From positions 1,054,001 through 1,118,000 of the forward strand of contig CP158635.1 of the NCBI GenBank assembly GCA_050273025.1: a stretch of DNA of 64,000 bases. The letters are read 5' to 3'. How positions within the stretch are numbered: position 1 is the stretch's first letter; each line of letters begins with the position of its first letter. Source of the stretch: Cenococcum geophilum. Lineage: Eukaryota. Made by a program: the position numbers and the translations under genes. This document shows, one piece after another, positions 27,601 through 40,801 of the stretch. The notes below the pieces were generated by a model that had not been told where the DNA came from, ran no database searches, and saw only the letters and a program-made list of their open reading frames with translations.

Positions 27601-30600
27601 GCGTTGCTTAAAGCCACCTAACCGAGTTAGAGTTACGTTAACTACACCGTCGTTTTAGCTACCTATCTATTTACCAATTGCTTAGGGTCCTTTAGCAAGT
27701 AGGTTATAAAGTCGAGGTTAAGGTAATTAAATATCTTATAAAGTACTGCCACTACTACCAAATAAACTAGAAGTCCCCTAGCCGATTTAAGTTTACTCTT
27801 AAAGACGACTACAACTTTAACTTCTGTATTATTATAGATGTTATATATCTTAGCGGCAAGCTAGTACTCTAAGTTGTTGACTTCTTAACCTCCTTTTAAG
27901 CCGCACGCTTTTTAAAAGATATGTTAGCTAGGAACGCATAGGATACTCTTTAATTATGCTAGATTAATATCTACCTAGGACCCCCTAATTAAATCGTTTA
28001 TAATATAGAAAAGAACTTCTTATCTACGGAGTTTTGATAATAGGTAAAGGCAATAACAATTAAGGTTAAGGAAGTCCCCGTTAAGGTATATAATAGTATT
28101 AGAAAAGTAGAACAATATTATACGCTATTACGCCACGCATATAAGATTATTTCTTCGGAACTAGAGGGTGCTAGTAAAGAGCTTATCCTATAGATGGCTG
28201 TTAAGGCTATTAACGATACCGCTGGCCTAGATGGGCTCGTACCTACGTTACTAGTCTTTAGCGCCTACCCTTAAATAACTAACAATTCTCCACTATCTCC
28301 CTCTATTGCGTAATAAGCTGAGGCTATTCGCAAGGCAATAAAGGAGGTATAACATCTCTACGCCACGCGCTAGGTTAATAACGTACTAGGAATAAGAAAT
28401 AGCCTAAACACCTTAACTACGCTTAATCTACCACTCTAATCAGAGGTACGCGTATAGCGTAAAAAGGGAGGATAGTTAGGCCTATATAAACTTATTGTAA
28501 TTAATGGTTAAACTTATACTCTTTAGATGCCCTATAGACCTACTTAATTCCGCTTAACCGTTATTAAGCCCTACTATAGGGATAATAGCTCTAAGCCTTT
28601 ATAGGATACCCCAGAGGATACCCTAGAGGAGAACTATAATTAACGTGCTCTAGAAGGCGAAGGCGATTCTAATATAATTATAGTAGATATACCGCAACTA
28701 TAACGCGGTAGAGGTCGCCCAAAGGGATTACAAAATTGCCAACATTTTGTTAATTTCAAAGAGCAATTTATTACCGCTATTAAGAATAGAGATAAACTAT
28801 TAATGGCCTTTATAACAGCTAAAGAGAAGGCTAACTTCGAACTCGTAAAATAGCTCTAAAAGGAAGGCCGCATTATAACTTTAGGAGCTCCTTTCCAAGC
28901 ATCTAATAAGCAGGAGATTAACGGTCTCATTACAAAAGGAGTCTTTAAATTTAAGAAATACAACCCTACTAAGTTCAATGGAATCCGTATATTTAAGTTA
29001 AGAATAGTTAATAAGATTAAAGGCAAAGCTACTAATACCCCATTTAAGAAGTTAAGGCTAGTTATTTAAGGTTATAATAATAACGGTAAGGAAGTAATCC
29101 TTATATAATCCCCTATAATTTAATAAGCTAGTCAATGAGTTATTATTACGCTAGCTCCCTCCTTAATAAAGAATGGGATGGCGGTTTACCTATAAGATAT
29201 TACTTAGGCCTACACCTAATTAGAGACGCGCCTTTAGCGCTTAATACTAGTATACCTTCTAGAGCAAATTCGCTACTAATATCCCAAGGATACGATTATA
29301 GTCGTACTTAAGCCATTATATAGAATCGCAGAGGTAGGAACTTATTGGTGGGCTACCTACAGCAAGCACCATAAGGAGAAGCTTTTGATGACTACTTCCA
29401 CATTTAATCCCTGCTTCCTTATTACAACTACGGGAACTCTATTTAGAATCGTCGGTATATAAACAGATAATATAATTATCTTAGAAGACGACCAATTCTT
29501 AGCTCTTAAAGAAGATAAGCTAGTAAAGGCAAACCTTATAGCAAAGCTAAAGGAAAGACTTAACTTAGCAACACTATTACTCTTTAATGGATATATCCTC
29601 TCCCTAAATAAGGGCTCTATTGCTCTACGCCAAAAGGGTCAAGGTAAGAAGATTAACGTTATTAACGTTAATTCTTTAAAGCAAGGATATGTGGAGCAAC
29701 GCGCTCGCGAAGCTTATATGGCTTCTATTTGTTAACCTAAGGCTTCCTTTAATCTCTCTATTGCCGCTTAATACTAGAAACCAACTAAAAATAACATTCT
29801 TGCCCTAAATAAGCGTCTTTTCTAGCAAATAAACCATCTTAATAGGGGACTACTTTACGTACCTATTAACCTTCCTACCGCTAAGCTCTTTATATTTATT
29901 AATAGATCGTTTATAAATAATAAAGATTTTAGCTCCTAGCTAGAATATAAGATTATTATCGCGAATAAATCTACCGGAGAGAATAACTTTATAATTTACG
30001 GCAACCTTATCTATTAGAGCTTAACTAAGAGTAAGCGCGTTACTTAAAGCGTTCTAGCGTCAGAGATATATAAAATAGTCGGCGGAGTTAATATAGCAAT
30101 TACAATTAGAACTACCCTTAAGATAATTACAGACCGGCTTAAACTTCCCACTATCCCTATAATTATATACACCAACTTATATTCCCTCTATAAGTATTTA
30201 GTTAAGCTTAGTACTATAAAGGAGAAGCGTCTTATAATTAATATTATAGTACTTTAGCAGTCCTATAAGCGTTAAGAACTCTTTAAGATCTAATGGATTA
30301 ATGGCTAAGATAACCTAGTAGATGCGATAACGAAGGTAAACCTAAATAAGGCACTAGAGACGTTTATTAATATAAATACTCTATATATATAAGTTAAAGG
30401 TTGGGTTAAAAGGGAAATTTAGAGAAGTTAAAATCTTATAAAACTTTAACCGCCGGTTAAAGTTGTTTAATTGGTCAGATCCTTGCCAAGAGCGCCACGC
30501 CTAATTAATTTAGGTGGTGGTGTAGACTTCTGCCAACCAATTAGGATTTTCCATGCCCGGCATGGAAAATCGCCATTAGCTTGCTTACTACTAGCGTCTT

Positions 30601-30957
30601 AGCGGCCCACCCATCTTTGCGTTATCCACTAAATTCTACCAACTGCCGCATTATTATATATCGTCTGGTTTTGTTATATATTATCTAGTTTTATTATATA
30701 TTATCTGGTATTATTATATACTGTCTGTTTATATATATATATATAGCAACTATAAAAAGAAGAGTTGCTAGTGTCGGGAATAAGGCAAGTTGCCGTTATA
30801 TAAAGCATATTGCCGTCACGTGTCGACGTGGCCCTAGCGTGGTGAGGAACCTTAAGTTCCTCACCCCTTTCCTCATTCCTATCAAAAAGAATTAACCAAC
30901 ATTACTGTAACCCTACTCGAGTAGTCGTTATTAGTAAGTCACCCTATGTTTCCAACA
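24697..30957 (+). mobile_element. Full-length RIPed Ty1/Copia element, probably GalEa-like (6261 bp; LTRs 24697-24882, 30772-30957)
   Basis: Paired 186-bp TG...CA LTRs, TSD AATAG. Domain order gag, protease (DTGAAGVS ~27252), IN (HRRFGH ~27645), RT (YGIAEAGTHWWATY ~29319; QTDD ~29460), RNaseH (CTDSYSLY ~30167). Junction motif CTAATTAGT replaces a tRNA PBS. Confidence 0.93.
30442..30582. promoter_or_regulatory. Best-preserved copy of a double-palindrome/CCAAT module shared by several TE families
   Basis: AACTTTAACCG-C-CGGTTAAAGTT (30442-30464) and GATTTTCCATGCC-C-GGCATGGAAAATC (30545-30571), each next to CCAAT/ATTGG. A regulatory role is inferred only. Confidence 0.5.
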
Positions 30958-33900
30958 AATAGTATTAATAAGTAAAGACTAGTAGGCTTAATTCTAAGGT
31001 AAGGGTTAAAGCTATAGTTTATAAAAAACGGGAAGATACCTATACTTTTATTAACTTAGTTATTTATAGCAAACTTAGTAAGCGGTAGGTAGTTAACCTA
31101 GTTGTCCTATATAAAGCTAACAAAAGTATAAAGGTATTTATTTACGGCAGTGTTAATAATTTAGCCGTCTATTTCTAGGTACTAAGCTAAGCTTAGTTAT
31201 AAGGTTATCTTAAAGCGTTTACTTAGTTATTACTAAAAGTCGCTAATAAATTATATACTGCGATTAGAGATAATTATGCTTGGTATACTATAGAGCTTAT
31301 ATATATTATTAATAAAGCTATTAACTAGCTCCTTTGTTAAGAGTTCTATTACTAAAATAAGGTATTATATTTTAGTTAGGCGGTCTATAATAATAAGGAT
31401 ATATTTATATACCTTACTATAGCGTTAGTATACCAGCAGCATTATAATATAGTTAATTAAGATATTAGTCCACGGGTAGGCGGGTAATTTTAATAGCTTT
31501 AAAAAACCAGGCGGGGTAAAATAGGGGGTCTTAGTATAAAAGTATAGGGTATAGTCTTTAACAAAGGTAGCTATAAACTAGGAGATTCCTAGCTACCAGT
31601 ATATTTAGTTTAAGAGGTTAAGGGTTTTAACCTAGCTAGGGTAACTAGCAGGGCCGCTACTATAAAAGTAATAGGTAACTTCTAGGCGGAGGTCTAGGGC
31701 GTTAGGGATAAAAAGATATTAGCAAAAGTAGATCTATTTATTAATAATACTGCATTCTAACTTATTATAATAAAGTAATTTCCTAATCTTCTTTAGCTAA
31801 CGGCGAGCTTTCTAATTATATAGGGCTGCCACTATATCTCTTACGAGTTTGCTCTTCTAGTATCCTAGCTAAATTAACTTATCTAGTAACTTTTTAGCTA
31901 TTTTAGGGTCTAAAGTAGCTATAAACTTTACGTTATTAGAGTTACGGGACTTATATAGTAATTCTTTTAAAATTATAGGGTTAACTTTCTAGGGCGGTAT
32001 AATAACTTAGGCTTAATAGCGAAGGCGTTTATTATTAGCGTCCTTAGGCCTTATTCCTAGTAGCCAGCTTAGGGCGTTAGGGAGTATAGCTTTACTACTA
32101 GGTCTATATATAATTATAAAGTTAAACTATAAAAGGAACTCTGCCTACCAGACTTAGTACTAGTTTAGCTGCTTAGTAGTTATAAATGTCTATAGATTTT
32201 TATAGTTGGTAATAATTTTAAACGGCTCCTTAGTCCCTTATAGCTTAGGACGCTATTCCTTTAAAACCTTAATAATAGCTAAGAGTTCTTTATTATAGAT
32301 CTTATAGTTATATTTTAGTATAGAGTGCTTTATAAAGAAGAATATAACTAGTTTTAATTTTCCGTTATTATTATACTGGGAAAGGACTCCGCTAAAAGCC
32401 TAATTTAATATATCTATCTCGACTACTATTTTCTTTATATAGTTATAATATACTAATACTAGTGCTAAAGTAAAGGCTCCCTTAAGGGCCTTAAACAATT
32501 TAGCTTATTTTAGTCCCTATAGCCATCTAATATCCTTCTTTAGGAGTTTTGTTATAGGTATAGCAATAGTAAAGTAGCCTTAGATAAATTATTAGTAGAA
32601 GTTCGCAAAGCCAAGAAATTATTATAGTTCTTTAATTAATGTTAGGTCCTTTTATTTTTATAAGGCCTATACCTTCTTAGGGTTTATAGTTATACTATTA
32701 GTTAAAATAATTAAGCTAAGGTATTTTATTTTAGTAGAGTAGAACTTAGACTTATTAATATTAATCTAAAGTCTAGTATTACCAAGTCTTTAGATGACTT
32801 TATTTATATACTTAGTGTACTTAGCACATGTTTTAGAAAAGATAAGGATATTATTAAGGTAGGCAGTATAGTAGTTGTTAAGGGCGTTATATAGAATATA
32901 GTTAATATAGTTTTAGAATATAGCGGGTACGTTATAGAGGCTAAATAATATAACTAGTATTTTATAGAGTCTAAACCAGGTAATAAATGCTATAAGCTAC
33001 TTATAGCCCTCCGCAATCTAAATCTAGTTAAACACAGTAATTATATTAAGTTTAGTAAAGTACTTAGTACTATAGAGTGCGTTAAGTATCTTACGGATTA
33101 GTAGCAGTGGGTATCAATTCTTAATAGTAACTATGTTTAGGCCTTAGTAGTTATAGTAGATTTATATACCGCTACTAGGCTTAGTAGCGAGGAGGAGTAA
33201 TATAGCAGCTAGTAAGGTCGATTTGCGGATAAAACCCTTATCCAGCATCTTATTAATCCACTTCTTTACACACCTAAGTTTAGTAGGTAAGAGTAGTCTA
33301 TTTTTATAGTATAGGGCCTAGTTTCTAGGGGTAATCTTAATTTTATAGTCTTATAGTTAGTAAGGGGGCAGCTTATCTATATTTTTAGGGAGGAAGTGCT
33401 TAATATATTTACTAAACTCCTTTAGTAGGCGTTATAGAATATTTTTACGGGTTAATCCTGGTTTACCTTTTAGGAATTTTTTAATATTAGTGTTGACTAT
33501 CTTCTAATATAAAGGCTTAGGTTTAGTTTTTAAATTTATTTTAAGGTAGTTATAGAAATAGGGGGAGAGTACTTTATAGGCTTCCTTTATTATATAGTCG
33601 CCTTCTACTAGCTAGTAGAAAGACCTTTCTAATAGGTTTAGTACTTCTATTAGGCCTATAGGTAGCTCTTTAAGCAGCTATCGGTACTTATCTTATTTAA
33701 CTAGTTCTACTAGCTCCGCTATATAGATCCTTATTACCTTTATATCTTTTTATTTATAGAACTAGGTAAAATTAATAGTATAAGTATATTTAATATTATC
33801 TAGGTTAAGGCGTATCTGGTTCTCCGGTGCTATAGCTAAGCTAGTATAACTTAGTTAGCCTAGGGGGGCAGAAATAAGGCAGTAGCCCTATATAGTACGC

Positions 33901-36900
33901 GTGGGAGATAGATATAAAGTTAGGCGTTACGGTAGCGCGGTTTCTATTATCTATGTCTTAGTAGTTTTATAGCCAGTCCTTACTATAACGCGAGCTATAG
34001 TATATATATATAGTATATAGCTTAATTCCAGGTATTGGGCTAGGCGGCTAGGGTTTAAATAGTACTTAGGTTAAGGTTAGATTCTTAATAGTAGCGGCGT
34101 AAAGCGGACTTTCTTTCTTAGTCTTGGCAGGGCTAGCTAGCCTATTATTTTAGTCTTAAGTGCTAGGGTAGTCTAGTCTTCTACTATCTTGTTTCTTTAC
34201 AGCTATATAGGCTCTCCTTTATTAGGAACGTTTTTTACTATTAGGCTTTATATATAGTTTTAGGCACTAGGCTTAGTAGTGCTAAGTATTTATATAGGGC
34301 GTCTCTATTAATATTGGTTATCCCCTACAAGAGGTAGTGCCTAGAGTAGTAGTCTAAGTTAAAGCGGATTTTAAGTTTCCTAAAGCTAGGATAGGGCTTA
34401 TGCTTTTAAAGCTAGGGTATACCTAGAATAATTAGGGTAATAGGTAAGAGTTTAGTAATAAAAAAGAGTATAGCTTTAGTATGGAGGCCGATTAATATTT
34501 AGGCGGTAAAGTAGTCCGTAATAAGCGAAGTTAGAATGCTATCTATAAGGCATAGTAGCCTAGATACTAACAGCTTCTTAGTTATAATATTATACTTTCT
34601 TATAATAAACTCTATATTAATAAATGCTATTATAGTACTACCGGAGTCTACTAGGCTTACTATATTAATATAAACTTAGGGGTATAGGTTATATAGTAAG
34701 GAGAGTTAGGTTTAAATAAGGATTAATTTCTTATTACTATTTGCTAATTTAAGATTAAGTGGTAGTTTACTAATAGAAAGGACTAATTAATTTAGTAATA
34801 AGGACCTAATCTTCTTATCTTTCTCCTTATATAGTTTAAATCCTTAGACGTAACTTAGTCTAAGGGTTTACTTTTTAATAACTAAGGTATAAGGCTATCT
34901 TAGTAGGGCGGTCCAGTGTCCGTCTAGCTAGCGGTATTAGTTTTAGTTTTAGTTAGGGTATAGGAAGATAATACCTTACTAATAACGTGGCCGTGTTTAT
35001 ATTCGCTAGCGCGAGGTTACTAATACTAGGCGTTATTAATAGGTTAGGCTCCTATATAGGGTATAGTTTAGAATAACTAAGCCGTAGGGTTAAAGGAAAA
35101 GGGTTATTTACTACAGCTATAATAGGCTTCGCGGTCGCCGCGTCTATAATAAACTCTATAATTGCCACGTTTGCGGTTATTAGTTCGCGTTATTTAACGG
35201 AGTAGTATTAGGACTAGGTTTACTATCTTAGCGGGGTTATAGATATCCTTTTAGTGGCTAGGTAGGCTATAGGTAAGATATAGTCTATTATTAATATAGC
35301 GCTTATACTTTATATCTAAGATTTTATTAAGGTCTATAGGTTCTCTAGTTACTACTAGGGTTAGGATTAATATAGGGGTAGGGGCTTAGGTAGGTAGGCG
35401 GTAGTTAGCGTTTTTTTAAGGTTGGCTTAGTATATATAGTTTATAAGGTTTTTAGCAAATATATCTATCTACTTACTCTAACCTATATAGTTACTGTTAT
35501 TAATTTTATAAGTAAGTCTAAGTACTAGCTCTTCCATCTTTAGAGAGATAAACTTTTAGAGTAGGTCTACCTTCTATTTATCTATCTTCTTAGCGCGGAC
35601 TATTAGCTTATTAAGCTCTCCCTTTTAGGACTAGTAATTATACTCGCCTTAAGGGAAATAGTTAAGCTTATTCTTTATAACCTGGGTTATATTAAGGACC
35701 TTATAGTAGGTAGTAAGGTCTTTAAGCATATCTTCCTTAGTAGGCCATTTCTATATAGATGTGTTGTTTAGGTTCTTATATATAAGCTTTAAGCCCTACT
35801 TAATAAACTTATAGGCCTCGTCCTTTAGTATATTTAAGATATAAAGGATTTAGGACTAAACTATATTAAAGTAATTCTAGTCCTAGTTAAAGACTCCCTT
35901 AATCTTAATATACTAGGTCTTAAAATTAGCTTATTATTTTAGTAGGGTGCCTTTTCCGCTAAATATTAGCGGGTCTTTAGATCTCTATTTTTTCTGCTAG
36001 GTTACTACTATTATTATAGGGGTTAATTATTTTAGGACGGTAATAGTCTTTACCTAAGAGTTAATAGTTCCTATCTAAAAAGCGATAAGGGCACTAAGGT
36101 TTTCATTAGCTTTCTTATTAGCGGTGTTTATATTATATATATACTATAATCCTACTTTAATATTATTAAGAAACTCGTTAGTATAGTTAATAAGGGTAAG
36201 GTAAGCTTTGCTAGGCTTAAAGGTCTTAGGGTATAGTAGGGAGCGGCGGATTATCTATACAATATTAGGGTATATCTCTATAAAGAGATCTACAAAAATA
36301 TTGCAGGGGTTTTAGGTTTCGGCTATTTTGGCGTTATTAGTATCGCCTATTTAGGCGCTAGGTAAAAACTAAGGATTATTTTAGGACTGTGCTAGGGACG
36401 TATTAGTTTTAGTAGAGGCGCGCGTAGGTCGCGATTACTCTAGGGCAGAGGTTAATTAGCTAGGGTATAAGGAATTAATAATCGCGATAGGGCGTAAATT
36501 AAAGATACTATAAACTGTTACAGTGCTATAATAAAGTAGACTAAATAACTACGTTATAGTATAAAGAGGGGAAGAAGGTAGAAAGGGGGTATTGTATATA
36601 AATAGTAGGGCCGGCTGCTAAGTCGCTAGTAGTAGGCTAGCTAACAGTATAAAACAGTATAAGACAGTATAAAACAGTATATATTAGGTCAGTGCCGTAA
36701 TATATAAATTCCTTACGCTTCTATAAAGTAATAGTAACCTTATCTAACTAGGAGTTCTACTACGCATTACTATCTATAGGAATTACTTAGCTAACTGCTA
36801 TAAGGAAGGCTTAAAATCGATAGGAAGAAGAGTAAAAAAAGATTTTATAGTTATAGAGTTTACTAAGGCTTCCATAGTTATAAAACTCTTTAGTAATATC

Positions 36901-39133
36901 TTCTTTACTTTGTAATCCTTAATATTAAAGCTTATCTTAGAGTTAAGCAATATCCTAAATAGCCCTCTTAATTACCTTATCCTTATCTTTTTGTCCTTCT
37001 CCTTACTTTACTATAGATCTAAAAAGGAAGGCTTAGGCGATATAATTAAGATTATAGCTAAAGTAACGTACTTAATAAAAGACTGGGTTAATGTTCTTAA
37101 TCTCCTCTATAATATAGCGTAGCATAAGGTTGTTTAAGCCATAATTATCTAATAGAAAGAAGCCGAGTTTATCTTATAAACTAGCCTCTTTTATAACCTA
37201 AAGAAAGGCCTTTACCTATTCCTTACCACCATAAGCTCCCTTAAATTCTTTAAGTAATAATAAGGCAGTCTCTATATAGCGAGTCTCTGTATCTACCTAA
37301 TATACTACAATTACCTAGAATCTTGTCTTTGCTAGTAATATCCATATATTAATTAAAAAGTGTACTAGGAAGAGGGAGTTTTTAAGCCTTTTAATAAGCT
37401 CTTCGCGGTAGAGGATATAGGTTAATTTAATAAGCTTTAGGACGTCTTATCGCGCGAATTTAAGAGTCTCTTTAGCCCTATAGTTGACTAATAGAATAAC
37501 AACCCAAAATTTAGGCTAATTAAGTAGTAAGTAAGGAAGGTTTTAGACGGTAATAAGTTGTACATAAGCTTCTTTAAATTTGGGTACTTTAATAGCTACT
37601 TAAAGGGTCTTTTCTTTAATTAGGTTCCGCTTCTCTTGTAAAGTTATTTACTTGCTAAAGACGTCTATAATTATATTATTAAAATCTCTCTTTATTAGAC
37701 CTAGAGGCGTAAAACTAATGCGTGTACTATAGGATTTAAGAAGGTATATACAGAATCTTTTAGCATTTAGAGAGCCCTTATAGCTAGTGCAATACTTACA
37801 ATAATATATCTGCTGGTAATGCTTATTCCTTACCTTTTTAGAACCCTTTACTTTACGAGTATAAGACCATAGCTCCTTATTTACCTTTAGCTTATTTTAG
37901 CAGGGGATTTCGTTGCTATTAGTAGTACTAGCTTAGGATACTAGGTAGGAGCTATCATCTTTATCTTATGTATACTCCGTAAAGTCTAAAACTGTAGAGG
38001 TATTGTCTTAAGAAGCTATATAGAGGTAGAAGGTTAGTATAACGGTGCTAGGGTATGCCTCCTGCCAAATTCTGCCAAATTCTGCCATACCCTACTATTG
38101 GCTCGCTTACCACTAGCGCCTTAGCGTTCCTCTTGGGATATTTATATACACTAGAACCCCCTTTCTTCTTCTTTTTCTCCTTAGCTTAGTATTTTCGTAA
38201 TATAGCAGTTAGAGAAGGGAAAACCTTAAACGTATAAAACGGTTTAAAACATCTTAAACTAAACAAGGTTTAGTTTTATATAAACCCGTATAGCTGAAGC
38301 GTTTTAAATATACTAAAACCGGTACGTTTCTATACATCCCTAGGCGCAGCCGCCTGTAGTAGCTGTTTGTCGACCTAAATCGGAGTTCCTTACTACTATT
38401 ATAATACTGTCTGACGACCTAGATCGTCTATATAAACTTTATCTTAGTTGTCTCTTAACTTATAACTAAATGTCTTATTAAATATCTTATTACCTAGTTT
38501 CTATTACCTATTTTAACTTAGTTGTCTAGACCTACCTAATATATATAAAGAGCTTCTAGAGCCCTCTTTAATAGACAGAGTTCTTATTCCTAATCGTCCG
38601 TTTAACACTGTTGCTTTAACTAAACTAGATATAATAGTAAACCTAAATAGGTATATTAAGGGTACGGAGTGGAGCAGGGTTAGGCTAATATAAGCAATAG
38701 TTTTATTTAATTTTCTTGCAATTAGTTAGTCTTCCTGCTTTAAATTACTCCACTTTATATATAGGTTATTATTATTTAGCAAGGAAACAAGTTTATTACT
38801 AAAGAATGCTATAAGAAGGGAACAGCGGTTAAATACTAGAGGATAGTGGTAAATAAATTGGGGCATTAATAAATAGGGTTGTTAAAAGCTTGGGTAAGAT
38901 GGATAAAACAATCCTTTTTGGTCGAACTCGGCCCAGAGGCCGATCAACCCATAATTTATAGCATCCTAGGTCGCTGAGCCCTGAAACAGGAGAAATTCCG
39001 ACTGATGTCGCACGTAGTCAAGCCATTGAGTCAAACGATAGTCAATATATTAGGCTGAAAAGCGCTCGAAAATATTAAAAGCCCAGATTCAGTCCACAGT
39101 TCCTCACTAAAACTCAATCTTGTTACGTCCCCA

Positions 39134-40801
39134 TTACCCAGCATGTGGCCATACATTCGACCAAGTATTAAGCGTGTAGGATCCTAGAGGAAGCCTACGA
39201 ATTGAAGCAAATGACTCTACTAGCAGATACACTCTAACTAACAAAACCGGGAATATTCCAAGACCAAGGAGAATGCCACACGCTTTACTAAAAAACCTAC
39301 CATCTCTCCTTCGCTGAACAAACACACTTAGCCATAGCGACAATACGAAACCGGACCAAGCTGTTGCCGTGATTGTAGAGGATATCTGCCAGAGAACCCG
39401 CTCGGCATAGCTCGGGAAGCTGCTGTTCCAAGCTGCAAGATGGACACCCCCAAAGACTAGGCCGACGAAAGAGATAGCCAGGGATTGTTTCCGGAATACT
39501 CTTTTGCCTCGCCAAAGACGGATATAGGCGTCGCTCATGGCCGAGAAAAACTCCGTCCGAATGTCTCTGTGCCCGACGAGGCGCTGGTACATGAGCTTCC
39601 CGATGCCCGAGCGGGACGTTAGAAACACTCTAGAGGTATCTCCGGTGGATAGTTCGGGGGACGAAGAAGTTTTCTCCTCATCTCCTGTCTCGCTCCAAGG
39701 ATCAGTTGGGTCTTTTGGGTTTGGCTCCCCTTCTATCAAGGTGATAATTCGATCGCGGCTGAGATGGACCGTCGTTGGCAACTCGATATCGACTGGTTTG
39801 TCCCACCATGTAATATACATGGCGAAGGCGCAGAATGAGTGTAGGCAAGTGTGAAGCTCGAGCAGAGTAACGGGTATTCCTGGGGCCTCAGCACGTCGCC
39901 CGATGATTTGGACAATCATCCAGAGGGCTTGCCAAGCTACGAGAACCTTAGCGAGGGAGTTTGCGTTGCCTTTGTCTTGCACCTGGGCAGATGTGATTGT
40001 AATCAAGTCGGGTTTGCTGCTGGGAGAGGCGCTTTCTGATTCCCGTTGCCACTTGGCTAATTGTAGGACACCGTATGGAGTCAAGGTGAGAGGCTTATTC
40101 TCTAGACTAACCTTTGGCACTTTAGTCTCGATGGCACCACCTTCTCGCTTCGAGGTAGGTTCGGGCGACTGCACAGCTATCTCTGCCTTTTTGTCTTCAC
40201 TGGTTATTTCCGAATTTTTACCTGATGCCGTTCTCGCCTCCCCTTCACTACCCACTTTGCCGTTGTGCTGCTTAGTTGCGTCCTCATAATCGGCCCTCGG
40301 AATTACGAAGCCCCCCATGATGGCGTAATAGCCCAGGGGCATATCCCACTTGTCGCGGCCTATGATTTCGTTGACTTCGTCGCGGAGGAGGCTGGCAATT
40401 TTCCTCTCATAAGCGGCAATGGCCATAACCCCCTCAGGGACAATAAGAGTGACGCAGCCCCAGCCTAGCTTGCGAATCGATCGCTTGGCTAAAAACTTCA
40501 AGAGTTTATTGTTCGTCTTCAGTGCCTTAATCGGAATGAAGCGGGCCAAGGTTGGGTTAAACTCGCTTTCTGGTGGTTCAATGTTGACGTGAACTGTAGT
40601 CCAGACACAGAGGAACAAGGTGATGACACAAGAGAAAACCAGGCTCAAGGTTCCTCGAGTTTTGGGCCCCGCTACCCATCTTGGCTCATATAGTTGTGTA
40701 TGGTTACTGCTTGTGTCTCTCGCACGTAAACTCTCTGTTGGTATCGCGTTCCCTTGCTGGATGACCCAGAAGAGTAACGCTTGAAATGGTGCTCGGGACA
40801 T
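39134..40801 (-). CDS. Uncharacterised fungal multi-pass membrane protein (555 aa, single exon)
   Basis: Only long intact ORF, in GC-balanced un-RIPed DNA. It has several hydrophobic segments and motifs I recognise from a widespread unannotated Pezizomycotina family: WVAGPKTRGTLSLVFSCVITLFLCVWTTVHVNI, YYAIMGGFVI, QDKGNANSLAKVLVAWQALW, LELHTCLH, WWDKPVD, FPSYAERVLW, ESFASIRRLP...WSNVWPH. Confidence 0.9.
   Translation of the reverse strand: MSRAPFQALLFWVIQQGNAIPTESLRARDTSSNHTQLYEPRWVAGPKTRGTLSLVFSCVITLFLCVWTTVHVNIEPPESEFNPTLARFIPIKALKTNNKLLKFLAKRSIRKLGWGCVTLIVPEGVMAIAAYERKIASLLRDEVNEIIGRDKWDMPLGYYAIMGGFVIPRADYEDATKQHNGKVGSEGEARTASGKNSEITSEDKKAEIAVQSPEPTSKREGGAIETKVPKVSLENKPLTLTPYGVLQLAKWQRESESASPSSKPDLITITSAQVQDKGNANSLAKVLVAWQALWMIVQIIGRRAEAPGIPVTLLELHTCLHSFCAFAMYITWWDKPVDIELPTTVHLSRDRIITLIEGEPNPKDPTDPWSETGDEEKTSSSPELSTGDTSRVFLTSRSGIGKLMYQRLVGHRDIRTEFFSAMSDAYIRLWRGKRVFRKQSLAISFVGLVFGGVHLAAWNSSFPSYAERVLWQISSTITATAWSGFVLSLWLSVFVQRRRDGRFFSKACGILLGLGIFPVLLVRVYLLVESFASIRRLPLGSYTLNTWSNVWPHAG

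Larger units (their letters stand above)
23528..36702 (-). mobile_element. Full-length RIPed Ty3/Gypsy element (LTRs 36516-36702, 23528-23714), ~6.9 kb net
   Basis: Paired 187-bp LTRs, TSD TATAA (23523-23527, 36703-36707), PPT beside 23714. Protease LVDSGST ~34640, RT YLDDILI ~32855, integrase split by the Copia insertion. Confidence 0.92.
21606..38342 (-). mobile_element. hAT DNA transposon (~3.0 kb net of nested insertions), transposase relic in ~38050-36708 and 23522-22650
   Basis: Perfect 8-bp TSD GGCGCAGC (21598-21605, 38343-38350) and imperfect TIRs TAGTATTGTATAGAAA / TTTCTATACATCCCTA. BED-type CKYC ~37790, de-RIPed SIDIW ~37345, PERVFSGAK-like dimerisation motif ~22790-22815. Confidence 0.9.

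Noticed and set aside
39297..40468. Short ORFs overlapping the 555-aa gene
   Set aside because: Antisense or alternate-frame shadows of a GC-balanced CDS, with no recognisable motifs.
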